Shown here: in pieces, positions 1 through 11,601 of the stretch
Position numbering within the stretch: position 1 is the first letter of the stretch
Layout of the letters: the number at the start of each line of letters is the position of its first letter
Assembly (NCBI GenBank): GCA_030390025.1
Contig: CM059438.1
Location: 64,234,001-64,298,000, forward strand
Reading direction: 5' to 3'
Length of the DNA: 64,000 nucleotides
From: Squalus acanthias
Lineage: Eukaryota
The notes under the pieces: generated by a model
The model's input: only the letters and a program-made list of their open reading frames with translations
What the model was told of the DNA's origin: nothing
Databases searched by the model: none
Position numbers and translations under genes: made by a program

Positions 1-124
1 CTTAATATATCTCCTTATGTGGCTCGGTGTCAAATTTTCTTTGATTACGCTCCTGTGAAGCACCTTGGATGCTTCTACTATGTTAAAGGCGCTATATAAA
101 TGCAAGTTGTTATTATTGTTGTTG
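1..124 (+). mobile_element. L2 LINE 3' tail
   Basis: ctccttatgtggctcggtgtcaaa...ggcgctatataaatgcaagttg(ttg)n matches the 3' ends of the L2 copies at 7765 and 59568. Confidence 0.85.
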
Positions 125-1337
125 AGAAGAGGCCAGAAACTTCCACAGTGGTGGAGGAGGGGCAATCAGAGGGATCATCATCACCACTGGCTGCACTGTT
201 GCAACTTCTCACAGTTGGTTTGAAAGCACCACTGGTAGAGGCCTGGGGGACAGCAGGTCAACCCCATTGTGCACAGTGCGTTGAAAGAAGAGAGTAAGAA
301 AGGGAGACGAAAAGCTTTTTTTTTTGAGGTGGAAGAAGTCTCTCCCTGGAAAAAGAATTTATGGAGTTGCATTCTTTAATTTGACACCAGTGGTGGGTGG
401 AAATGCTCAGATTGTAGCTATAAGAATGAGACAAAATAACTGAATGCTTCATAGGGTCTGATGAGATCCTTTGATGATTCTATGCCCTGTACCTAACTGC
501 ATGAAGTAAAGATTCCCATCATTGCTTAACAGATGGGGAATTACATACAGAGTCAAGCAGACCTAACAAAACAATTCATGAGAGAATTGGCCTGTTGTTT
601 ATATATAAATCAATATAAATTCACATAAATTACTAACTCATTCCAGTTTAAAGTGGCAACGTACTCTATCATGAATGCACACAATGAAGAGAGCTGTAGA
701 AGAGTCAATGATGCAGTGGTGTCATTGTCTCACCAAATGTGCCCGCAGGGGGCATTGCTGGTTGCATGAGAGTAGATACTGCACCTGTTCACTCAGACAC
801 TGGTGTCAGGACAGGCTGCAAAAAGACAAGGGGATTAAAAATATTCCCAAAATAACCCTGTAGTAATAAAATTTGAAACCAAAGATGTGGAATCAAGCCT
901 TACACAGCGATTGTTATTTAGCAATGTTTCTCTTTCTTTGATCTTTGATTCATCCATAGTCTGACCAGATGTGCAAAAACCTGCCTGGGGAATGAGTTGT
1001 AAATGTTTGGAGAAAATCATTCAACAAGGTGCAGCAAACCTGTTACATTAGTGAACCTTCTAATTTTAGGATATTAACGCTCCCCCCCCCCCCCATCGTC
1101 TCCAATTTGACCATTCCTCATTCCACACTGCGATCCTTTGATGAGTCGTGATGCAGGCTACGCCAATGGCGGTGAGGTGTGCTAGGGTAGCCCAGGCCTT
1201 TTATTTTTTGTCCACCTTTGCGGGGAAGTTCTTGTGGGGTCCTATTGCCAAACTGGCTCATATCAAAACATTACTGTGACGGGAACTGCAGGTAACGTGA
1301 CATAGGGCATTGAGTTACTGTCCCAATATACTTCGGT

Positions 1338-1800
1338 CAGCCGTGGCTCAGTGGGTAGCACTCTCATCTCTGAGTCGGAAGGTTGTGGGTTCAAGCCCCA
1401 CTCCAGAGACTTGAGCACAAAAATCTAGGCCGACACTCCAGTGCAGTGCTGAGGGAGTGCTGCACTGTCGGAGGTGCTGTCTTTCAGATGAGACGTTAAA
1501 CTGAGGACATGTCTGCTCTCTCAGGTGGACGTAAAAGATCTCATTGCACTATGTCCAAGAAGAGCAGGGGAGTTATCCCTGGTATCCTGTCTAATATTTA
1601 TCCCTCAATCAACACCTAAAACAGATTATCTGGTCATTATCACATTGCTGTTTGTGGGAGCTTGCTGTGCGCAAACTGGCTGCCGTGTTTCCCACATTAC
1701 AACAGTGACTCCACTTCAGAAGTACTTCATTGGCTGTAAAGCGCTTTGGGACGTCCTGAGGTCGTGAAAAGCGCTATATAAATGCAAGTCTTTTTTTCTT
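1338..1800 (+). mobile_element. Full-length tRNA-derived SINE, SacSINE1/Deu-domain (AmnSINE1-related) type with L2-like tail
   Basis: Pol III A box tggctcagtgg and B box ggttcaagccc; central attatctggtcattatcacattgctgtttgtgggagcttgctgtgcg; tail gcgctatataaatgcaagtcttt; many copies in window. Confidence 0.85.
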
Positions 1801-2221
1801 ACTGTTACATTTGTACCCTAGATCTACCTGGAAATCACTATGTGTCCTTCTTCTAGGAAGTAGGAACTAAACCACCTCTCTCTCACATAGCAAGTCCTAT
1901 GTTGTTTGAGCTAAGTTAATTATTCAATATAACGTAGTTAATGTTTATTCTTTGAGAAGATTTAATGCTACATTATAATCAGTGTGCCAAAATTGACCCC
2001 ATCAGCTCTGAGAAATTCTTTTTATTCCCATTAAAAATATATCAAGTTTGGAACTCATTTATTGCTACTACCAAAAAAAAGTGTTTTGTGCAGTTTTTAT
2101 ATTAGTAATAATAGCATATTTTATGTAATACAGAGAACATTGTGGGAAGGTCATTTTTGCAGATGTTATATGACTAAAACTTAATTCATTTTGGTTAATT
2201 TTAAGAGATTTTTTTCCTACA

Positions 2222-2323
2222 AGTACTGCACTGGAGTGTCAGCCTGGATTGTGTGCTTCAGTCTCTGGAGTGGGGCTTGAACCCACAACCTTCTGACTCA
2301 GTGCTACCAACTGAGCCACGGCT
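2222..2323 (-). mobile_element. SacSINE1-type SINE head fragment
   Basis: Reverse complement of the head at 1338-1450. Confidence 0.8.
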
Positions 2324-3243
2324 GAACTGAATTGCCTTACTTTTGAGGCATAGTGACTGTTATTTTGTAGGAAAACTGTGATTTATATATAGAGGCAGCA
2401 CCACATGTTTGAGTGTAAGTGCACTGCACCCCAGAGTCGAAGGATGCTGAATTCCCTCTGTAATATATTGCCACTTTGCTCTATTGCCCACCTCAGCCCA
2501 TCTCAGGTTGTTTGAGGTGCTGTGTGAATGCAAGATCTTACTTTTCTTTATGATGTCACGAGAAGATGTTAAGTAAAAGCTAACAATGTATTTGTTGGAA
2601 AATTGTAATTTGCAGGTCACCACATGCCCACAATCAATATCCCAAAATAATGATGTGGGAGCAGAAAGCGAAGAAAATGGGGGGAACGGGCAGGAGGAGT
2701 TTGAGGTCTTTTAAATGTGTAATCGAGAAAAGCACTGCTATGTATATAGCAAGTTATGGCAGTGAAGAGGCCCAGTCATCAAACTACAGAAAATGCTGGT
2801 CCAAACAGTGCACACTCTGGATGAGATTTGCCATTTTGGTATTTTTTTACCCCCATAATTAAATGCTGCACCTAGTCCAAATGGAGCTCACATTTTCATT
2901 AGGGCACAAAGCAAAGTGAAATGAAGGCAATAAAATGGATTGCTGTAATGACGGTCGACTGAAGAGACACCATCTTCAAGAAATAACCTTTATTCATTTT
3001 GTTGCAACCACACAATACAATGAAGTAAATTGAATTGAAACGCATCACTGGGTCACTCGCGTATGTTGTCATTCTGAATAACATTATACTAAGGTGCCTT
3101 TTCCCCTCCAAACAATATGAAGCTTGTTAAACATTTTTGAACATTTGAAAACTTTTTTTTTCTGTGAAGTGAAAAATCAAGTAAGGGGCCCAAAGCTTGA
3201 GTGAAGGACACTGCCTAGGTTGAAAAGAATAAGTGGCTAAAAG

Positions 3244-3688
3244 GGATAAATTATGAGAACAGATTGCATAGACTAGGCTTGTATTCCCTTGAGTAGAGAA
3301 GATTAAGGGGTGAATTATTGAGATGTTTAAGATGATGAAAGGATGTGATAGGGTAGATAGAGAGAAACGATTTCCTCTGGTGGGGGAGTCCAGAACAAGG
3401 GGGCATAACCTCAAAATTAGAGCTAGGCCATTTAGGGGTGATGTCAGGAAGCATTTCTTCACACATAGGTTAATGGAAGTCTGGAAATCTCTCCCCAAAA
3501 AGCTGTTGAGGCTTGGGGGTCAATTGAAAATTTCAAAACTAAGATTGATAGATTTTTGTTAGGCAAGGTATTAAGGGATACAGAACCAAGGCAGGTAGAT
3601 GGAGTTAAGGTACAGATTAGCCATAATCTAATTGAATGCCAGAACAGGCTCGAAGGGCTGATTGGCCTACTCCTGTTCCTATGTTCCT
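3244..3688 (+). mobile_element. CR1 LINE 3' fragment
   Basis: Encodes ...FPLVGESRTRGHNLKIR...FFTHR.. followed by the CR1 3' UTR (ggcctactcctgttcctatgttcct). Confidence 0.9.
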
Positions 3689-5713
3689 AAGGGTAAAAGA
3701 TAATGTTGCAGAGGAAGCAATGATTCAGTGATGACACAGTTGGGTGTTAAAAGCCTTTGAATTGTAGGAGGAAGCAAAACTGGTGTGTTAGCGAGTGTGA
3801 GAAAGAATGTTGGGTTTGGATCAGGACTTCTCCACAATAGATATTGACACATCTTTGAGCCATGATGGAATTCAACAATTTAGCAGAAAATCAACAGTTA
3901 TTATTTACTGAATTATGTGAGAGTCAGCTGGTTAAGTGTTTGATTCACCTATGCTTTATTTTTGAACAAACTCCAAACCCATCTTGGATCTTGATTACAC
4001 ATTGTGTAGAAATGGGGAACATTCAAACTGTTTAATTACATTTTTTTGCCACTTACTTTCGAAAGTGCATTGACAGACATGAGCAGTCACTCTTTGTTTT
4101 AATGAGTGATGGCAGTTGGGAGGGAATGAAATGGGCAGTTGGCAAACTTATTACAGGACGGAGAGCAAGGGACATGGGCAGTGGATGAAATGATTACATG
4201 AGAGAGAGAATGAGACACAGAGAATGGTCAAAAAGATGGATGCAATGAAAAAGAGGGGAATCGGAGGAACATCTGAGACAAATCAAAATCCAATCAAATT
4301 ATACAAACTGTATTTGTTTCTTTCTCTATCAATTGTCCTGGAGGCTGTTTATCAAACTTCATCAGCACAGCTCCTTTACTGACGTTCACTTCTCACCAAT
4401 GGCTGGTGTTTCCAAGATCTGTTGGCTGCAGAACCTTTCTATTTTATTTTAATTCTAACTATCAAATAGTTAGATAGTTAGATGGCGAGGGGATGTTTCC
4501 TCTCGCCGCTAATCTCAACGGAGGCTGTGAATTTTAAACCTTTGTCCTCTAGTTCTGCACTCAAAGTCCAGGTAACCTCAATTACAAGACAAGGCAGGGT
4601 ATTTTACCTGTATGGTTCACTGATAAAGTAACATTAACATTGGAGGCCATTTTTGAGTGCTTAAATTTCGAAACGCACTGATATATTGAGAGCCCTCAAC
4701 ACTGGTGCAATGGCGGGAGTGAGATTTATGATCAGTAACAGTGACAAATTGCTCACCTATTTAAGCATATGGGAGCTGGGTTGACTTTTTAGAGTAACAC
4801 GCGTCGAAATAGGTGACGTTAGGCCAACGTGAGAAAACATCACTCCCAGTAAGTGGCGCTTGTCAGAGACTCTTCAGGAAAGGGCGAGAATGATTCTGAG
4901 ATTGAAAACCTTGAATTATGAGGCTTGGCAAACATCACTGTAGGTGTTCTCATGGGAGAAAAGTACAGGAGTGGAAACGAATCAAAAAGGACATTTGGAA
5001 ATGCTTCCACTTTATTCTATCCTCATTCCGTGTTACAAAATCATTCAAGCTCTCTACAATAATGTGATTTAATCTACAGATAGTTCTGTAATTCACATAC
5101 AGCGAATTTAAAACACAGATTAATAGCTCCAACTCTCACTAATCTGTGTACATACTCACCTTAATGAGTCAGTTTAACATCTCCTTATTCAATAATTATG
5201 CGAGTCAGCTATTATAAATGTCTTGAAGCTGCCCTAAACTGCGCTGGCAGTGTTCACATAAATCAGGTTGCTTGCAACCTAACTCAGCTCCAGTGCTTTC
5301 TCACACTCAATGTGCTCTCCTGTTTAACTGTATATATAAAATATGTACATCAAAAAGGCGGGGCAATCTATTATACACAAACCGCAAAAAGGACACGGTA
5401 ATGTTTTATTTTAATGAGCATGAAGAGTAAGTACTGTAACAACAGTTTAACAGACATTATAAATGCTTCACTAGATTGCAGTATTGCTTACAAATGGGTC
5501 TTGATGGCTCGGCAAGTCTGCAGAGAAGCACATTAAATAACAACATTGATCATGGAAGTGCAAAAATACAGCTGTATGGCACTTGCCTTTCCTATTAACA
5601 AGACCCCAGCAGTTCCAAATGAAAAGCAGAAAAATACAGGAAATACACAGCAGCACATCAGCATCTGAAAGAGAAAGTTAGGGCAAAGAGGCATGTATGG
5701 GATGCTAAGCTGG

Positions 5714-5823
5714 TCATGATGCGGAGATGCCGGTGTTGGACTGGGGTGGACAAAATTGAGAGGTCGTACAACACCAGGTTATAGTCCAAGTTGGACTATA
5801 ACCTGGTGTTGTGCGACCTCTCA
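5714..5823. mobile_element. Penelope-like element remnant: inverted termini forming a 35-bp hairpin, with 12-bp TSD
   Basis: atgctaagctgg at 5702-5713 and 5824-5835; arms 5755-5789 and 5791-5825 are reverse complements with 1 mismatch; Penelope assignment recalled from shark PLE ends. Confidence 0.7.
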
Positions 5824-6007
5824 ATGCTAAGCTGGCACAGGGAGGCTGCAGAAAGACCTTTATAAGGATCATTAAAATGAGGAGGGGAGGAGAGGACAGG
5901 TGGCGGGGACGGCGGGGGGGGGGGGGGGTGGGGGGCGGCGGCTGGGGTTGAGAGTTCCAATATGCTAATTACGTTCACAAAGCAGCAGCAAATGGCTTTG
6001 ATCAAAA

Positions 6008-6472
6008 GGGCCAAGAGTTTCCGCTTTGGGCGCAATCCGGGTGCAAATTGTGCTCAGAATTGCACTGTTTTTCAGAATTGAATTTTTCGCTCGATTTCCG
6101 TTCAAGCTCACTCGTGTATTGCCGAACGTAAAATCTTCCGTGAACCAGCGCAGTCGGGCCTATTGAAGCCCTTGCGCCTAAAAAAAAAAATAACAGCTGA
6201 ATTTTAAGAGCCTCCTCGAAGGCCCGCAAATGGGCACAATTAGAGGAAACTCCCGCTGGTGATAAATCACCCTGGGGCCCATGGCCAGATTCGTGGGCGG
6301 GGCCGGCTTCCAGCGCGATTTTTTTTTTCAAACCAGCTCAAAAGATCGCAGAAACCGGATTTACGCTGCACGTAACTTGCGTTTGAAACTCCTCAATTGT
6401 TTGCGCTGATTTGGCCAATTTCAGGCGAGTTGCGCTGAAAAAACCAGCGCAACTGAGCGGAAACTCCAGGCT
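6008..6472. mobile_element. Non-autonomous TIR DNA transposon, CpG-rich, probably PIF/Harbinger-type
   Basis: Near-terminal inverted repeat gagtttccgct (6015-6025) / agcggaaactc (6456-6466); abrupt CpG-rich block. Confidence 0.55.
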
Positions 6473-7189
6473 GCGCAGATAAACTTGGAATGTTGGAAAG
6501 AGGTATTGAGGAGTTGGAGTTTGTAGGTGTTATCAGAGCATAACCCACAGGGTGGATACGAGTGTATGTTTCAATAAAACAACTTTTATTCCAAATATCG
6601 AGAGCAGTGCTCAGATTGTTAATGGTTCTAAATGATAATGGGAACACAGAGAATGCCTTAATTATCTAAATTAGATGTTCACACATGAACAGTATAGGTA
6701 ATCACCATCCTTTCATTAGCTCAAATAAAAGATCAGGTTAGAAGCAAATGGAATTTGAACACCATAATGAATGTCGCTCAGAGGCAATATGACTCAAGAG
6801 AACCATTCTGTTGATGTGCATGTTTCCGAAAGCAAAATATTATTTTTTGGTACGGGGAGAATGTTTTCCCCACAGTTCAGTTGTTTAGCATTCCGAGTGA
6901 AATCAGTTCAATTATCTTAGTCCAGTTTCCAATGGTTACAAGCCGACAACATTGAGTTATTCTGAAACACATCGTTAATCAACAGGCATATTTGATCTGA
7001 CTCGGTCCCTGTATAGACTGTACACTTGCTTAAACATTCAAATAATTTGAGTGCAAAATGTCAAATCTGTGGATAGAAATTGAAGGTAGAGGCAACCTAC
7101 CTGAGTCAGTGCATCTACTCCCAGTCCGTAAAAGCAAGGTTGTCAACACATTTTGTGAAATACTGTCTTTGATGTCCTTGTCCCCCACC

Positions 7190-7760
7190 TTTCCCTGGTA
7201 CAGTTCCCACCTCTGCACACACAAGTCTGAGGGCTGCAGATTTGTTCACACCTGCAGCATGTCCAGTCTGGACCATCAGGTCTAGCTTGACTACCTCAAG
7301 CAGTATGGTGTCTCCCTCTCTGCCGCCAAATCCTCCTCCTACTCCAAGATTATTATGGAGAGGAAGGGCAAGCCAAGATTCCTCTGCAGAATATCTAACT
7401 GGCTCCTCCGCTCTCACCAATTGCAAGCAGCTGAAGGATTTATTAATCCCAAAGACTGAGACTATCTGTGTGGCTCCCTTGACCTCATATTCTCCTCCTC
7501 CCCCAGTTCTCACCAGGCTGATATGCTCATGAGATCCACCTCTTGCTCCCCTCAAGCCAATTCCTGAGCACACAACTGCTTTCCCTTGCCCCACACAACG
7601 TCCCATCCTCACTGACCTACATTGGCTCTTGGTCCCTCCCTACCCCTTTAACATTCTCCAGCCCTACACCCCACCCAGATGCTGCATTCTCAGATTCTAG
7701 CCTCTTATGAATCCTGACCCCACCCCCTCAACCTCACCATTAGCAGCCGTGCCGTTAGCC
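7190..7760 (+). mobile_element. Old degenerate L2 fragments
   Basis: Near 7273 translates HQV*LDYLKQYGVSLSAAKSSSYSKII, homologous to HRQIWLHHIKHYRALLSSAKIAHYSRII in the L2 ORF at 9385-10041. Confidence 0.6.
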
Positions 7761-7764
7761 AAAT

Positions 7765-10275
7765 ACAACAACAGCAACAACTTGTATTTATATAGCGCCT
7801 TTAACGTGGTAAAACGTCCCAAGACGCTTCACAGGAGTATTTTAAGACAAAAAATTTTACACCGATCCACATAAGGATAAATTAGGGCAGGCGACCAAAA
7901 GCTTGGTCAAAGAGGTAGGTTTTAAGGAGCGTCTTAAAGGAGGAGAGAGAGGTAGCGAGGCGGAGAGGTTTAGGCAGGGAATTCCAGAGCCATGGGCCTA
8001 GGCAACAGAAGGCACGGCCACCAAAGTTTGAGCGATTATAATCAGGGATGCTCAAGAGGGCAGAATTAGAGGAGGGCAGATATCTCGGCGAGGGGGGGGC
8101 GGGGGGGGCGGTGAGGTTGTGGGGCTGAAGGAGATTACAGATAGGAAGGGGCCAGACCATGGAAGGATTTGAAAACAAGGATGAGAATTTTTAAATCGAG
8201 GCGCTGCTTAACCAGGAGTCACTGTAGGTCAGCGAGCACAGGGGTGATGGGTGAATGGGACTTGGTGCGAGTTAGGACACAGGCAGCCGAGTTTTGGATG
8301 ACCTTAAGTTTACGTAGGGTGGAATGTGGGAGGCCAGCCAGGAGTGCGTTGGAATAGTCAAGTCTCGAGGTAACAAAGGCATAGATGAGGGTTTCAGCAG
8401 CGGATGAGCTGAGGCAAGGGCGGAGACGGGCGATGTTAGGGAGGTGGAAGTAGGCGGTCTTTGTTATGCTGCGGATATGTGGTCGGAAGCTCATTTCAAG
8501 GTTGCGATCAGTGTGGTTCAGCCTCAAGGAGATGTTAGGGAGAGGAATGGAGTCAGTGGCTGGGGAACGGAGTTTGTGGCGAGGACCGAAAACAATGGCT
8601 TCGGTCTTCCCAATATTTAATTGGAGAAAATTTTTGCTCGTCCAGAACTGTATGTCAGACAAGGAGTCTGACAATTTAGAGACCGTGGAGGGGTTGAGAG
8701 AAGTGGTGGTGAGGTAGAGCTGGGTGTCATCAGCGTACATGTGGAAACTGACGCTGTGTTTTCGGATGATGTTGCCAAGGGGCAACCTGTAGTTGACAAA
8801 TACGAGGGGGCCAAGGATAGATCCTTGGGGGACACCAGAGATAACGATACGGAAGTGGGAAGAGAAGCCATTGCAGGTGATTCTCTGGTTACGATTAGAT
8901 AGATAAGAATGGAACCAGGCGAGTGCAGTCCCACCCAGCTGGACGACGGTGGAGAGGCGTTGGAGAAGGATGGAGTGGTCAACCGTGTCAGAGACTACAG
9001 AAAAGTCAAGAAGGACGAGGAGGGATAGTTTAACTTTGTCATAGTGACAAAGGATGTCATTTGTGATTTTGATGAGAGCTGTTTCGGTACTTTGGCAAGG
9101 GCGGAAACCTGATTGGAGGGATTCAAACATGGAATTGCGGGAAAGATGGGCACGGATTTGGGAGGCGTTCAAGGACTTTGGAGAGGAAAGGGAGGTTGCA
9201 AGGACGGAAGGGTCAAGGTTTGTTTTTTTGAGGAGAGGGGTGATGACGGCAGATGTGAGGGAGAGGGGGACAGTACCTGAGGAGAGAGAACTGTTAACAA
9301 TATCAGCTAACATGGGAGCCAGAAAAGGAAGTTGGGTGGTCAGCAGTTTGGTGGGAATAGGATCGAGGGAGCAGGAGGTGGGTCTCATAGACAAGATGAG
9401 CGCAGAGAGGTCATGAGGGGAGATCGGAGAGAAACTGGAGAAAGATGTGAGTTCAAGGCTAGGGCAGGAAACCTTAGAGGAAGTTTACCCAGTGGGCTAG
9501 GGGAAGGAAGGGAAGTGGCAGAGGCAGCTGAATGGATGGTCTCAATCTTAGAGACAAAGAAGTCCATGAGCTCCTCACACTTGTTATCGGAGGTGAGGGT
9601 GGAGGAGACAGGGGAGAGGGGTTTAAGAAGACGGTTAGCAGTAGAGAATAGAAATCGGGGTTTATCTTTGCATTCCAGAATGATTCTGGAATAGTGAGCA
9701 ATTTTGGCAGACGAGAGCAGGGCCCGATAATGCTTTATGTGGTGCAGCCAGATCTGGCGGTGAATGGCTAAACCAGTTGTCTGCCATATCCGTTCGAGTC
9801 TGCATCCCTTGGACTTAAGGGAGCGAAGATGAGGGCTGTACCAGGGGGAATGGCCAGGGTGAGAGAGGGTAATTGTTTTAGTGGGGACTAGGGCATCAAA
9901 GGTGGTGGTGAGGGTGTGGTTGAGCAGATCGGTAGCTGCAGAAATGTCATGGTGAATGGAGGGCCAGAGGCTGGACAGTTGGGATTTCATAACTGCAGTT
10001 GTAAGAGAGTTGGGAGAGAGTTTTTTTCCAGGGGTGGACACAAAAGGAAATAGGGTTGTGTGGGGGGCGGGGGGGGGGGGGGGGGGGGTGGAAGGGCGAT
10101 GTGCGTGGAGAGCGATACAAGGAAATGGTCAGAGATGGCCTTATCTGCAATTGACACGATGGGAGTAGCAAGGCCACGAGAGATGGCTAGGTCGAGGGGG
10201 TGGCCGTGAATATCGGTTGGGCAGTTTACATGGAGGGAGAGATTAAGGGAGGATAGGAGGCTCGTGAACTCAGAG
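7765..10275 (-). mobile_element. L2 LINE, 5'-truncated, frameshifted ORF2 (RT)
   Basis: ORFs 9385-10041 and 8219-9394 with QSGFRPCQSTETAL, GVPQGSILGP, YADDTQLY, SRLDYSNALL; (caa)n tail at left end. Confidence 0.95.
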
Positions 10276-10279
10276 GAAC

Positions 10280-10491
10280 TAAGCCCTACACTCTGGAATT
10301 CTCTCTCGAAACCTCACCTCTCCACCATTCTCTCCTCTTTTAAAACTCCCTTTAAAACCAACCTAATTGACCTAGTTTTTGGTAACCCCTCCTAATATAT
10401 CCTTAGGCTTGGCATTCAAATTTTCCATAAGCATCTGTGAAACACCTTGAGACTTTCTTTCTATATTAAAAGGCACTATATAAATGGAAGT
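10280..10491 (+). mobile_element. Degenerate L2 3' tail, interrupted by the CR1 at 10492
   Basis: Tail ...ggcactatataaatggaagtt resumes as aagttgttgatgttg after 11601. Confidence 0.65.
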
Positions 10492-11601
10492 TAAGAACAT
10501 AAGAACATAAGAAATAGGAGCAGGAGTAGGCCAATCGGCCCCTCGAGCCTGCTCCGCCATTCAATAAGATCATGGCTGATCTGATCCTAACCGCCAATCT
10601 ACTATCTATCACAGAACCATCTCCTGCATCTAACAGAATTGCACACACGAAATAGGAGCAGAATCAGGCTACACAGTCCCTGGGCCCGCTCCACTACCCA
10701 CAGGGCCATGACCGATCCGAACCTAGACTCATGTCCAAATTCCTGCCCGCTCCCCGTAACCCTTAATGCCCTTTACTTCTAGGAAACTGTCTATTTCTGT
10801 TTTAAATTTAATTAATGTTGTAGCTTCTACAGCTTTTTGTGGCAGCATATTCCATGGACCTACCACCCTCTGAGTGAAGTAGTTCCTCCTCATCTCAGTT
10901 TTGAAAGAGCAGCCCCTTATTCTAAGACTATGTCCCCTAGTTCTCGTCTCACCCGTCATCGGGAACATCCTCCCCGCATCCACCCGATCCAACCCCTTCA
11001 CAATCTTATATGTTTCAATAAGATCGCCTCTCATTCTTCTGAACTCCAATGAGTAGAGTCCCAATCTACCCAACCTCTCCTCATATGACCACCCCCTCAT
11101 CCCCGGGATTAACCGAGTGAACCTTTTTTGCACTGCCTCGAGAGCAAGGATGTCTTTCCTTAAGTAAGGACACCAAAACTGTATGCAGTATTCCAGGTGC
11201 GGTCTCACCAATACCTTGTACAACTGAAGCAATACCTCCCTATTTTTATATTCTATCCCCCTAGCAATGAAAGCCAACATTCCATTTGCCTTCTTAATCA
11301 CTTGCTGCACCTGCATACTAACCTTTTGAGTTTCGTGCACCAGGACCCCCAGATCCCTTTGCACTTCAGTACTCTCCAGTTTCTTGCCATTAAGATAATA
11401 AATTGCTCTAGGATTTTTCCTGCCAAAGTGCATCACCTCACACTTTCCAGTGTTGTATTCCATCTGCCAAATCTCTGCCCACTTACTTAGCCTGTCTATG
11501 TCCCCTTGCAGGTTTTTTATGTCCTCCTCACTCACTACTTTCCCTCCCATCTTTGTATCATCTGCAAATTTTGATATGTTACACTTGGTCCCTTCCTCCA
11601 A
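10492..11601 (-). mobile_element. Young CR1 LINE, 5'-truncated, with doubled 3' tail
   Basis: Open 290-codon RT C-terminus ([19 protein letters not shown]); (taagaaca)n terminus; aagtt flanks both ends. Confidence 0.95.

Noticed and set aside
1338..1410. tRNA gene
   Set aside because: A and B boxes belong to a SINE head that continues into SINE body and tail
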